DNA of 64,000 bases. It comes from Octopus sinensis. Taxonomy: Eukaryota. The position numbers and the translations under genes were made by a program. The stretch spans positions 58,850,464-58,914,463 of the forward strand of contig NC_043011.1 in NCBI RefSeq assembly GCF_006345805.1, in the 5' to 3' direction. A model generated the notes under the pieces. It saw nothing but the letters and a program-made list of their open reading frames with translations, was not told the origin of the DNA and did not search any database. Below are positions 26,750 through 39,790 of this stretch, piece after piece (the stretch's first letter is position 1; the number at the start of each line of letters is the position of its first letter).

Positions 26750-27031
26750 CAGTGGTTCCCAATCGTTACAGGCTGTCACCCAATTGGCACCCAGGCCACA
26801 TTCATAGCGGCCCCTCACCCTCCTCAATACAAATATAGACCACTTTCGGCAGCAAATTCAAAACAACTGTTTTTCACAAACAAAACTTAAACCTACTTAA
26901 CCTATTAATATTTTTTACCTCTATCACCCCATTTTGATCACCCCATTATTATCTCCCTTTTCTGCAAAAGCCCCATTGTTATTTCCACCTCCCACCCTCA
27001 GGGGCAATAGCGCCCACTTTGAGAACCACTG
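26750..27031. mobile_element. hAT (Charlie-like) MITE
   Basis: TIRs CAGTGGTTCCCAA (26750-26762) and TTGAGAACCACTG (27019-27031); flanks CCCGAGAA/CCCTAGGA match 6 of 8, as a decayed 8-bp TSD resembling a CTAG-centred target. Confidence 0.8.
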
Positions 27032-27359
27032 CCCTAGGATTACACTTAGAACTACACCAGTGTTTTCTACCTTGAGATTTAGGGAGAAAAAAAAAAGCAA
27101 TAAAAGCGATCGCGTTCCAGGATGTTTGATTTAAGCAGGACTACCAGAAACAGTTGAAGGGAAGGCATGGTGTTTGTTCCCAAAGATGACCAAATGCTAA
27201 ACATATGTAGCAGAACCATCTGATTATTTTACCAGTATCGAAGGCATGCAATATTTGGCGGCTGATGATTTCAGTAGAAAACGAGAAAGTCAATAATGAA
27301 CCTCGCTTATTTAACACGAAGTGGAGTTCATTACTTTAGACGCTGAATGAAATTTACGA

Positions 27360-27650
27360 TTATTCATGCCCGCGCTTGCGCACACACATTCACACACACG
27401 CACATATACACACACTCACAGACGCACTCTAACACACATACATACAGGTGCATGCACACACACACTCTAACACGTGAACCTACACACATACGCAAACACA
27501 CACACATAAAATAAGGGACACACACACGCACCACGCACAGGCAAAATTTGTAGTAGAGGTACTGAACGAAGGAATTGAAAACCCGAAATAAAGTAGTAGT
27601 AGTAGTAGCTGCAGCAGTACTACTATTACTACTATTACTAGTTGTAGTAG
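27360..27650. repeat. degenerate (CA)n followed by (AGT)n/(ACT)n repeats
   Basis: read directly. Confidence 0.85.
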
Positions 27651-27692
27651 AAATATCTTGTCTAGGCTTATGCAGGGTATGTCCCCTGTCCA

Positions 27693-29206
27693 TTCATTTC
27701 CGGAGTCTCCAAGCAGGATAAACTGCTTGCCAGTATTTTCGCCGGAATAATGTGAACACGCTGGAATATATATACCTCGTTGCAATAATTCGATTTCGGC
27801 GGAAAAATTTGACTTCTCCATAACTAATCAGTTAAACATTTTCATGCAATTGTTTTCCGAAAAATAAATACTGATTTTTTATTTTCCCTTCGTTAACAAG
27901 GAGATGTGACAATTGTTTTTTTACATTTCATAATGAAACTCTGTTTTCTAATCACTGACGAACTGAACGTTATCTTACCGTTTCGTAATTCTGCAACAAT
28001 AATCCTTAAACTGAAAATGTTTCTATTGAAGAATACCTTGTGTATAAACTTTTGCGATCATATATTCTGATGAATGTTCGTCCAAATCTGAGGTCGAGAA
28101 TGTTATAATTCTTGCTGACAATGTTTCCCTGAATAGCTATATTGCTCTTTATCAGGTTTTATATACCTAAAAACTGTATCCGGTTATTAACAGAGTTTAC
28201 ACATACATAAAATGTGTGGTGATTGATTGTATAATTACTCGGAAAGGTGCAAAGCTGCATCTACTTCTGAACGTCCACACCAACAATACTCCAGAAAATT
28301 ATTATATTTCTATTTCTTATGGTAAAATAAGGACAATCAGTAAAACTGGTAAAACAGTTTTTCCGTCGCACATAAATCATCTTTCGAAAATCTTTCTACA
28401 ATTATCAATAAGCGCTGTTATTTGGACGCAGAGGGAATTTGAGTTCCAATGGTTACGATATTCTTCTAGAAATTGATGGAGCGATGGATTTTATTGGGTA
28501 CATTCCGTTGAGTCTTATAATGATTTATCATCTGCTACTCCTAACTAATTTGCAAATGCTTCATTCCGGGATTGAAAAATGTCTGAGATGATGAACGGAT
28601 AGGATTAACTGTAACGCAAAATGCAACAGAGGGATGAGAATCAACGAAATACAGAATCTGTACATTTCTCATCAAGGTGATTGAAAAAAATTCCTAGAAA
28701 AAAATGTTGGTTACATCACACCGTCAGATTATTGAAGAAATATTAACGTTTTGAATAAATGATTTAATTATTCAACTTGTTTAAATTAATATAACAGTTT
28801 AAGAATTATTATTGCAAAGGTGCGCATGCGTAAGATAAGGTTCAGTATATCAGCGATTGGAAAGCGGAGTTTCATTATGAAATGTAAAAAACAATTGTCA
28901 CATCTTCTTCTTAACTAAGGGAAAATAAAAAATTAGTATTTATTTTTCGGACAACAGTTAGATTAAAATGTTTAACTGATTAGTTATGGAGAAGTCAAAT
29001 TTTTCCGCCGAAATCGAATTATTGCAACGAGGTCTATATATTCCACCGTTTTCAAATTATTTCGGCAAAAGTGACTTTGCCTTTCATTCTCTTCAGAACG
29101 ATAAAATAATTACCAGTTGATCACGAGAACCGATATATCTGGCTGGAACCGCTGCCGTGAAAATGCTGGACACCAGTTTATCCTTTATGGAAACTCCGGA
29201 AATGAA
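27693..29206. mobile_element. long-TIR foldback DNA transposon relic (about 320-bp TIRs)
   Basis: 27693-28013 is the reverse complement of 28795-29206, except for an approximately 85-bp SINE-A-like insert at 29071-29155; about 780-bp internal region with no intact ORF. Confidence 0.8.
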
Positions 29207-29274
29207 CGAGTACCACCGAATGCTCTTGTTTTGGCCCTCTACCGGAGAAGACGACCAGATCCGAGGACCTCACA

Positions 29275-29685
29275 GGACCGTTCGGTTTGAACGACATTTT
29301 TTTCTAGCGGTGTCATATGAAATTGTCACCTATAAATATGGCCCTAGTATCGATCTATTGCATTTCAATCTGTTTTAGGGTTAGGGTTAGAGTTAGAGTT
29401 AGTTAGGGTTATATAGGGTTAGGTAGGGGGGACCCAATTTGTTTCTTAAAAGAGGGACATATCCATACGGTACAGAATTGTTTCACCTCAATAGACGTCA
29501 TTGATTGGTTGAAATTGCAGAATTGAAGAAGAAAATAACAAATATCTTACAAACTATAGAATTTTCTTGATAAAGGCAAGAGAAAAAGATGTTTTATAAA
29601 CATATTCTACCAGTATACGAATTTTAAAAGTGTTTAGTTACGTGGAAATTATTTTTAAAAACTGCCCATTAAACCGAAAAGATCC
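29275..29685. mobile_element. MITE with internal telomere-like (TTAGGG)n tract
   Basis: Imperfect TIRs GGACCGTTCGGTTTGAACGACATTTT and AAAACTGCCCATTAAACCGAAAAGATCC; TTAGGG/TTAGAG repeats at 29375-29425. Confidence 0.65.
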
Positions 29686-30479
29686 CAACATAACAATAAT
29701 AATAGTAATGAAACATTTCATTTTCACTTGATTTATGAAATAGAAAATATTTTCTTTTAAAATCCTAGTCATGTCGCAGCTTCCTTTTTCCGAATTTAGA
29801 TTTTGCTTTGACGGAAATTCACTGATTCAAGCAAGTAACGGCGTGGCATACATAGAGTATTTGAATAAGATTTCTATTTTAGTCTTAGTGGTAATCACAC
29901 CGTTTATACTTTCGATTGCAGGGTATGCATTGCTTGCTTTGCTCTATGTTTCTTGTGACATATAAGATGTGAACGATCCAGCGCAATAATTAATACCAAA
30001 TGATGCAGACCAAATACCAAGCTATGCGTTATACGATATTTATAGATAAGCGAAAGCAATTGCGTATGCAGAACCTTCAATTAACTGTAGTAAAAGCAGC
30101 TCACAAATTCCACCAGTAACACCTTGAGCAATTCAGCTGAACAACGTGAACGCCGAACACTAATTAGTCGAAATACGACGGGATCGATAGTGACCTGTCA
30201 CAACGTACACTTGTAATGCAAAGTCATCTGTTATCTCTGAAATAGATTGGCGGTCATCTCAGATTTTAATGTCAACTGAGAACTATTAGCCAGAAGAACT
30301 TCCATGACAAAAGCTTTACATTTGGCACAGGAAAATAACTTAACTCTCTCCGAGAAAAATTATCCCAACATAACGAAATCTACACCAGTCCGGCTTTAAA
30401 TTCGGAAACACATTCCGAAATAAATTCCGAAATACATTCTCGAGCCGCTCTTTCAGTATCCTTTCAGAATACAGTACGG

Positions 30480-30780
30480 AAGATATGATAACTAACCGAC
30501 AATCCGTCGATTATGACAACAAGCGTTCTAGCTGATCTGATCGACTCATCAGTGGGTGTACTCCACAAACACTAGTCCTATTTACGTAGTTCTCAGTGAG
30601 ATTCAGTGTGGCTCAGTTTGTGACAAGAAATACAGTTACAACACATGTTTTCCAGCTGAGTGGACTGAAATAATGCAAAGCAATGCGTTTTGCTGAAGGA
30701 CACAACGCACCGACGGGAATCGAACTCAAGACTATACTAACGTGAGTCGAATATGCTAACCACTTAGCCAGACACAACCG
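30480..30780 (-). mobile_element. SINE family C
   Basis: reverse complement reads GGCTAAGTGGTTAGC..GAGTTCGATTCCC..GTGTCCTTCAGCAAAAC..CAGTCCACTCAGCTG. Confidence 0.7.
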
Positions 30781-33700
30781 CATTGGAAACTGGTAAATGC
30801 ACCCGATAAATACATTTCAAGTCATAGAAGATAGAATGAAGGCCATTCTGATCGAAAAAGTTTGCGCGAATTTCATTTTTCAAGGAATCTAAAAGCTTTA
30901 TTTTTCTCAAATTTCAGTAAAAGATATAATTCTTTTAAACTTAAATACCCAGTATTACTTTATCGACTTTTCTCAACATTCAATGGTGATGACAAACAAT
31001 TTTTGCATCGATCATTTTTGAGGCCGACTACAATCCTTAAAAATGAAATAACGAAACAATAACGTTTACGAACCTTTTACTGGGCAAGATCAAATAAGAG
31101 AAAACAAATTTTTTACCGATGTTAATTTTCAGGATTACGTGTGTAACTTTTATCTTAGACGTGATATCATTTAAAGAAATTTAAATGTCATTATCCTTTG
31201 AATTTAGCTTCTTTTCTTCAGATAGTAAAGACATTTATTCCCGCTAGAATTTAATATTTTGAAACACACAGTTTTGAGTGGAGTCCATCCCCAGTAAAAT
31301 GTTAAAGGAGTTCGATATCATTGAGAAGATTTTAGTTTGATACATATTATGCAGACATGGAATGCAAATTCTTTAGTTAATAATATTAATCCAAAATTAA
31401 TTTAATGTGAAGTACATCAACATTACTTCAAAATTTACAAGACATACGATGATAATCAAAATATTTGATATATGAACCACAACGTGCTGGCAACGGATTT
31501 GGCGATATGTTACAAGCAGAGACGTAATCAACTGATGTAAATAACACAATAAGAAGCGATAACAGAGAGTTATAACAGCAGCATTGAAGAGACTCGAATT
31601 TCATAAGGAAGGACAGACTATGGAGGCGTGTAGACCACTAAATGTTTGCAAAACAAATAATACCAATGAAATATAACGTAACGTATTTATTAATACGTCA
31701 ACTTTGTCCTTCTTAACGAACTCTCATAATATAACTCAAAACAATTCGAACGTCCTCGATAATCATTCTTCATATTCGTCTGTTTTCTTTTGTTTACTTT
31801 ATCTTTATTTTCTCATTTAAAAATTGAAGGAATGGTTGCCTAATTACAATTAAGACCCGTTGTATGATTGCGTGTTTTACATTACAGTTAATAAAGTCAT
31901 CTACTTATTAATCTTGTTTCATGTGTAACCGTTTGCTAAACACACACCTCATTAACAACCACACAATATTACTAGACAAATGAAGCTGCCGAGAAGAGTT
32001 TAAGCAGTAATGACCATCCACTCTGGAAACACCTTATCAAATACGACCCAATGACCTAAAGAGAGTTAGTTAAGTAACAAGAAAATAGAATCGATCAATC
32101 GATTATCTAATGACATAACAGTCTGCTTGGCGAATAGAATTCCAGTTTGAAAAACCACTTTGCCTCCCATCATGGCGGCAATAACTTCTTTTGTCCGAAC
32201 TTTTATTTTCTGGTTTCTTTCCGCCATTTCTCATTAAAAATATGAGATAATTTCATGACGCAGATGCTGCAGTTTCCATATTTTTATATCATTATTTTTC
32301 ACGTTATTAAGTCTTGTTTATTTGTTTCATGATGTCGGACAACATTAATCAATATTACTCATTTTTCTGACAGCTTTCATTTTGATGCCTTCAAAAACTA
32401 TCCTTCATATTATTCTCCTGAAGGTTTGTCAAGATACACATTATTTTTCGTTTTTCAATTTCAAAACTACTTTCAGACCTTACATGTCTGGATATGTATA
32501 AGCAGATGTCAATCTCATCTACCGAAACTAGATGCTGATAGCTTCAATCGAGTCATCATTATGGCAACAGTGTTGATGCTGTAGTTATTGTTGTTGTTGG
32601 TGTTGTTGTTTATAGTGGTGCTGAAACGGTCATGGAGGCGATGAAGGTGACGGCCATATGAAACATTAATATTACAGAGTTATTTCTATGTCTCTAATCT
32701 AAGAATAGTTTTAAAGGGTAGTTCATGTATGCATGATATTGAAAATATGTTATCTCAGGTTTAGTAAATATTATTCTGCGTCGGTAAAAAGAATGGTTTT
32801 TAGTTTCTTTTTGAAGTCAGAGATGGTCTGAGAATTCCTGTTGGCTATTGGCAATGAAATCGATATTTTTTTTTATTTGATGGATGTGAATGCTTTCATC
32901 TCTGTAACATATCGAAATTAATTTTATTTCATTTTATCAGTTACCAAACGTATTGTGCTATCATATATACAATCTAGCAGACCACCGAAAGTGAATTTAT
33001 CTGAAGCAGTAAGTTTTCCCATAAACTTTGCCCCAAGACATTGTTAGGATTACAACGATGCAGCATATCTAAGCTTTTCAATAACAAATAGACATGTTTG
33101 CTGATATCGTCAACATCAGTTGTCTAACTGTAATATGTTCAGTTGGTTGCATCTCGCCGAAGGTGGTTGATGTAGGCTTCAACAAGGCAAAACTTCTGCT
33201 GACAATGATCTCATTACTGATTATGCTCTACACTGGGTGGCGATTTTGCTAAGTCGTTAAATCGTTAGATGGCCTCTCCATTTGTATCGTCCCTCTGCGA
33301 CGTGAGTTCGAATCCAACTGAAGTCAATATGTTTCAGGCCGATTAAAAAAGTAAGTATCTAGGAGACTAGTTTTATAGAACCGCAAAACTGTTGGACCAG
33401 GTAACTAGTAGTATTTGTTCGGAAGATTTGTGTTATGAGTTCATATTTGGGTTTCTTGATTAAATGTTACCACCTGTTTTGTACGGGATTTTTCTCTCTA
33501 CGCTATACATTCAAGCTGTATACATCCTCCAAGTTGAAGCTATATTTCCCTCTCCATCCCGTCAGTTTCAATACACACTAAACAGTCATAGTGATATCAT
33601 TCCTTCCCTCCTGACGAATAAATAGCAAATTTAGTTGAAATCCACGTTCGTATTGCTTTAGTATAAACACAAGGACTAGAATATGAAATGGAGTTAGACT

Positions 33701-34596
33701 TCAGCATATGAAATAAGCTAATCGTATGGGGTTTACGCAGCTTGAGATAAGTGGCGGATGTGTAGCGAGACATGACGGATAACTCGATTCCCCTGTCAAA
33801 AGTAACCTCTCTGCGAACCTCCACGCCTGAATGAGTGCAAACTCATAACATCTTAAAGGACTGCGGTGGGATGACGCTAGATATATATAAATAATATGTA
33901 TGTATATATATATATATATAAAATCTGCTGCCGCGTGGGCAAAATCGTTTTGGTGGAGGGTACCCGCTGTTCTTCTTGCACAGAACTGAACTTTCTGCGC
34001 CCGTAGGCCGAGATTGTCTTGGCTGCTTCGTCTTGAGTAGAGATGTCTATTGCTCGCTCATCGGATTTTCGTTTTGAGGCAAGATTTTGTTCAGGTTTCA
34101 GACCTTCCCGGGCTATTTTGAGCGACCGGCAATTATTAAGCTGCGGATTTCCCTTCTGCACGCCACTGGCTTTGACCAACGTACAGGCAAGTCTCATTTG
34201 ATATTGAGATATTGCAGTAGCAGAATTTCATACAAAAATATGTTGAAAAAATTTCTTTAGGGATGTCAGCCCTGCGTCCTCCTTCTGCATATTCCCGCTA
34301 TGCTTTTCCAATTGAAGAGTATTGCCACAATAAAGCTGAAGTTTCGATTATGAGCTTTTGGTCTTCCAGAACAACTTTTCCAGGCCCACAAGTTAAATAA
34401 AACAATGGGATAAGTCTTTATGAAACACTGGTGCAAGATAAATTTTTGATTTATTGAAATTACCAATATTTTGAAAAAACTATGTGTCAAATGTCTCCAG
34501 TCCATTCGTCCAAACGCAAATGAGAAAAAGAGACAGTTCCAACACTGAAAAACTGCCCCGACGCACGCACACACACACACACACATACACACGCAC

Positions 34597-34629
<33 letters not shown>

Positions 34630-35538
34630 TCATACATCAATATATAAACTAAGTGGAATATAGCGCTGAGAACAAAATGGCTACGTCATGTACATTGATT
34701 CTAAATTGTGTATGTCTGTCCACTGCGGCCATGATTATGTGAATTGGAATATATTGAAGGCATTAATTGTGATTATTATCAATTAATCTTAAATGAATAA
34801 TAGTACTTGATTTATTTTATCATTATTGAATATATAAATTCTGTGTTTAGGTTTTATATTTGGATAAGTAGGCCCTGGTTGGGGTGTGTCATGCCTGGAT
34901 TTTAGAGTGCAATAACATTGTTTAAGCGTAAATCTTTAAATCTTTTGATCGTACGTTTAATATTAAACTGTTAATCCCTTAATTCTATTAATAGTCAGTC
35001 GTACCAGTAACACCATATGCATGATTACTCTCTTTTTCCATCTCTCTATTTGCGACATAAATAGTTTCACTCTACGTACAACGCACCAAAGACAGAAATG
35101 AGGCCAGTGTTTTAATCCCATTCTACTAATTTGTGAATGCAATGAAAGCTTAACGAACTCTTAGCATTATTAATTTGGTAGCTTCAGTGAAATTCATGTC
35201 GTTTCATTTAATTACTATATGGTAAAATTTGTTAATGGTTGCAGAGTAATTATTTTAATCACCTTAGTGGTAAAACGGTGGTTAATATATTCTGGTTAAT
35301 ATTAATAATCCGACAGAAAATTTTAATTAGATACGTTACCATTTCCTCAGACAGGACACAAGTGGTTTTCGTAGTTAGAGCGATTAATTAATTAAATAGA
35401 TATAGGAATATTTATATTAAAACCACACTAATGATGAAATCGAAACATGGTCCTCGATGAACCAAGGAAGTGATATCCATAAATATAATGACAGGATATC
35501 CACATATATACATCATTATATATATATATACATACAAA

Positions 35539-35768
35539 GGCGACGAGCTGGTAGACACGTTAGCGCGCCGGGCGAAATGCTTAGTGGTATTTCGTCTGTC
35601 GTTACGTTCTGAGTCTAAATTCCGCCGTGGTCGACTTTGCAGTTCATCCTTTCGGGGTCAATAAATAATGTACCAGTTTCACACTGGGGTCGATGTAATC
35701 GACTTAATCCCTGTGTCTGTCCTTGTTTGTACCCTCTTTTTTAACCCCATGTGGGCAATAAAGAAATA
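35539..35768 (+). mobile_element. SINE family A, full length
   Basis: GGCGACGAGCTGGTAGACACGTTAGC...GGGCAATAAAGAAATA. Confidence 0.9.
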
Positions 35769-35770
35769 TA

Positions 35771-36480
35771 TCTCTTATTATAAAAGGCAGATTTTATCTG
35801 CCTCCCTTTGGGAGTTATAGAAATCTACAATATAGGATTTCTTCAATTACAATTTAGCTAGCATTTTTAAGAGTAGAATGCATCGGGTCATGCCAGGTCC
35901 AGTTTTTAAAATTTAAACTCCACTTAAGCAAAATATACAGAAAACTCACATTCTGGTGTGTGTGTCAAATGCTTTTCTTAGTCTGGTTTACACCACACGC
36001 AAACGCACACACACAGTGTGCAACGAATAAAATGAAAGTAGCGACAGAGTGATTTGAGAAAGACTAAACTGAAAGTATTTAAACCACTACTCAAAAATAA
36101 AAAAACACAGCAAACAGAAACAAATAAATACATAACGATTTACTCCTCACACAATTTCTTCAATTAGAGTGTACCCATGATTTTTCAGAGTACTTCAGTG
36201 GGTGATGCCATAAAAAATTTCTTTCAATTTTACCACCAATTAAGACAAAATTCGAGAAAACTCAATATTTTAAAATATCACTCCGAAAGCATTGATGTAC
36301 ATGTGTGCGTGCGTGAGTGTGTGTGTGTCATTCCTCACACACACGCATACACATACATATACACCTACATACAACTACATACACATACAACTACATACAA
36401 ACACGTGTGTGTTTGTTATTAAAAAAGGCGCCAAAACACAACTCACTTATCATTCCAACACATTTGCAAAGACACACGGA
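35771..36480 (+). mobile_element. non-autonomous Helitron-like element (5' part)
   Basis: A|TCTCTTATTATAAAAGGCAG start resembles the TCTCTCTATATATAAACGGCAG Helitron starts nearby; 3' CTAG end not found. Confidence 0.45.
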
Positions 36481-36651
36481 CGAACAGAAAAGGTAAATTG
36501 GTTTTTATTTTACTCTGTATATATTTTATTATATAATATTATATATAGATATATGTATATATAATTGCAGTATGAAACAGTGTTTATGTATGAACAGACG
36601 ACACTTATACATAGTTATTATAATAAGAGATTAATAAATGTATGCATCCGT

Positions 36652-36940
36652 TTAACCCTTTCGTTACCAAGCCGCCCGAATTTACCTATTCATATTTAAA
36701 TGAGAATATCAGAGCAAATCTCTTTAGTACATTCGTGAAAACACGTATTATACTTCGTAAACACTTCAACTACAGTTTTGTATAAAAATCGAAGTGTAAT
36801 TTTAATTCCGTGAATTATGGGCGATTTTTTTCCGAAATTTGTTCCTATTGTGTTTTCAAAATTCGTAATTCTGACAAATAAATGGATACGAATTTCATTA
36901 TATCAAGCAGCGAGTCAGAATTCGAAGGATTTTCTACTGA
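36652..36940 (+). mobile_element. possible piggyBac-type MITE left end
   Basis: TTAA|CCCTTTCGTTACC terminus; matching right end not found. Confidence 0.3.
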
Positions 36941-36981
36941 AGACCTTCATAAATCTAACTCTATGACTGAAACAAAAAGCA

Positions 36982-37375
36982 TCTTTATATAAGAGTGAAG
37001 TTGTGTGTCTGTCTCCTACGATTTAGATTCCTAACTACTCCCACATTTTGCGGTGCGGTTTAACCAAAAGCGGGTATATTATAGTCGTGATTCATATCGA
37101 GCCCTTCTGGGTATTAGCGTGCGTCTACGATGAGTCTACGATTTAAAAAAAAATTACCATCATATTTTTCAATTTTAATGCATTTTTTTCGCTTTTATAT
37201 AAGGGAAGTAACTCTCTAAAAATATCTACGATGTGTCAACGATTTAAAAAAAAATTTACCTTAATTTTTTTTCAATTTTAATGCATTATTTTGCTATTTT
37301 TTGGCTAAAACTCTCTAAAAATGCTTATATAGTTATTTCCCTTACAACCCGAGCAACGCCGGGCGATACTGCTAG
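36982..37375 (+). mobile_element. non-autonomous Helitron, family H2
   Basis: A|TC start; 3' hairpin CCCG-AGCAACGC-CGGG then CTAG|T; homologous to 50769-51064 and 52361-52736. Confidence 0.88.
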
Positions 37376-38050
37376 TATATATATACAACTGAGAATGTGT
37401 GTGCGTGTGTCTGTCTGTCTGTCTGTATGCTTCCATAAAACTTGAGAACTACACAGCCAATTTTATTCAAATTTTATACATGCCTTACTTAGGGTCCGGG
37501 GAGTGTCCCCGGCAAAAAAGTTTTTAACTTTTTGCCTAGGGCGAGCCTATAGCAACATCATATCTTCTCCACTACGATTCCCTGAAACTTGAGAACTACA
37601 CAACCAAGTTCATTCAAATTTTACACATGCCTTACTTAGGGTCCATGTAGTTTCAGGGGCAACAATATGTTCAACTTCTTGCCTAGAGCGAGCCCATAGC
37701 AATATCATATCTTCTCCACTATTTCAGTATGTGTCAAAAGTGATACAAATATATTTCTCTATTTTATGTCAGATACTTTCACTTTAACAATAAAAATAAT
37801 AATAACAATTGAATTAATTATATGTAGTAAGTAATAATTAAAATCAAACTAAAGTATAATATAATCGTAACATAACAAAAGTAAAAATAGCAATTGGTAT
37901 AAAATTGCATCAATGACTTGAACTTGAATAAGTGGCTTCACATGAATGGGAATAAATTAAAAATATAATTAGCGTGCAGAAACGAAATAGTCCAGACGGA
38001 GGTGTGCAATACCCTTTACCACGGCTTTTACATTAGATTATCTGCTAATT
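37376..38050 (+). mobile_element. Helitron-like element with an internal 147-bp tandem duplication
   Basis: Begins directly after the CTAG of the previous element with TATATATATACAACTGAGAATGTGTG..(CTGT)n; duplicated units at about 37438-37573 and 37585-37721; 3' end uncertain. Confidence 0.5.
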
Positions 38051-38338
38051 AGCTAGCATTAAGTATCTATATGAAGTTTGGCTGTATGTAATGTCTGTTT
38101 TCTCGAACAGCGCTTCTACTGAGTACTGTTATTATTATTACTGTTTAACTATTGTTATCACGTTTGTTGGTTCCTCGTAAGGGAAACGTTTTTGTGTTGC
38201 ATCTGTTAAATAATTGTAAACTGTGACCCTCTCCCTTTGGGAGAAGGGGCTTTGGTTATTGTTTGAAAATTGAATTGTGTCCCTGTTTGGGGAAATTGAA
38301 TATATTTTCACCGTTTACAGGGATGCATTTTTGTTAGA

Positions 38339-39240
38339 ATGCCTTCGATAGAAGAAAGTTCAAAAATGAATTTCTCTGCAGCCGTCCTTAGGCGCGAACG
38401 CATTAAAATTAAAATGGAAGAAATACAAACCTATTTCGGACTGATCACCGACAAAGACGGTGAATCTAGGATAACACCACCAAACGAAATAAAAAATTAA
38501 ATTAAAGAAAAGACTATCTCTCTCTATATAAACGGCAGTTTGTCTGTGCGTGTTTCTGTGTGTCTGTTTGCTTGTACCCTCACCCTGACCACGGCTTCCA
38601 ACCGATTCTGATGAAACTTGACACACACATAGCCCAATGTCATAATTCAAAACTAACGCAGCGAAAATTTTGAAAAGTTCCCCCAGTTCTGAAAAAAATC
38701 GATAAATTCGACATGGGGTCAAGAATCAGAAACACAAACTCCACCTTTTTTTACTCTCAAAAAAATTTACCATCATTTTTTTCCATTTTTTTGCTATTTT
38801 TTGGCTATAACTCTCTAAAAATGTTTTATAGTTATTTCCCTTACAAACCTGAGCAACGCCGGGCGATACTGCTAGTTGTCTATAAAGTATACAATGTAGA
38901 GAAGAAAAAAAAAGATTTGAACACCTGGAGGAAAGCACCATCGAAAAGTGTCTTGGTGCGACTATGAAAGATATCTAACCAGAGGCGGTAAATTCACTTC
39001 AATAGAAGCAAGGTTCGAGTCAACGGAGCGTGCAACGGAGTACTCGACTCGAACCTTGCAAAGTGGAAATATTTTATTTTTATCTTTATATCTGGGACAT
39101 AGGACGTCCCGGATAAAAAATTAAATGCCCCCCCCCGAAGTAGAGGTAGGCTGGATTGTAGCCACACTTCTAAACAAGAGGGAGGACAAGATACAATTGA
39201 TCGAAATTGCAAGAGACGGGCTAACAATTCCAGTCTGTTA
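38339..39240 (+). pseudogene. LINE ORF1-like pseudogene interrupted by a Helitron
   Basis: MPSIEESSKMNFSAAVLRRERIK..KEKT|IVYKVYNVE..RYLTRGGKFTSIEARFESTERATEYSTRTLQSG..PPEVEVGWIVATLL; removing 38517-38875 restores ACT ATT in frame. The LINE ORF1 assignment is from recall, not from a search. Confidence 0.55.
38517..38875 (+). mobile_element. non-autonomous Helitron, family H1
   Basis: A|TCTCTCTCTATATAAACGGCAG start, 3' hairpin plus CTAG|T, no TSD; near-identical to 40767-41136. Confidence 0.9.
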
Positions 39241-39395
39241 TATATTTTGAGTATTGTTATCACTAGCGATATCAAGATATAACTTTGTATTTTGTATTTT
39301 ATGTGTAGATGTATATATAGATGTACATGTAATATGTACACACATATATACATACACTAACACTATGACCCTGCAACGACGGGTCATAATGCTAG

Positions 39396-39427
<32 letters not shown>

Positions 39428-39790
39428 CACAATCTCACACATACAAACTGTTTAGATTTCGTTTAGCAATAAATATGTAAAACGAAGAATACGTATATTT
39501 TATATACAGAATTCAGTTTTGTATGAAGACATATTTCATAAGGAAATTGATCCCCATATTGCTTTCATATCAAATATTTATACATGGGGTTTCCACTTCA
39601 CTCCGCAAGTTACGCAAATGCTTAATGGTTAATAGTAGAAATTTTACCTATAATTATTGATTATTAACTAGAGCCGAACGTCGATATCTTTCTTAGTCAA
39701 GTAATATAGGCAATCGGAAAAACTTGGAGGAATCGGAACCATAGGTATAAAGTTATATTGATATCAAATATGTGTGGATAAATTGATATA

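Noticed and set aside
27680-27750. KQFILLGDSGNE on the minus strand, resembling the App1 phosphatase FILxGDSG motif
   Set aside because: It lies in the TIR of the foldback element; the opposite arm (29160-29206) has the homologous DNA without the motif, so it is likely coincidence.
31970-32090. Strong minus-strand acceptor (CTAAC branch, polypyrimidine tract, TAG at 32056)
   Set aside because: No convincing donor and open-frame combination follows it.
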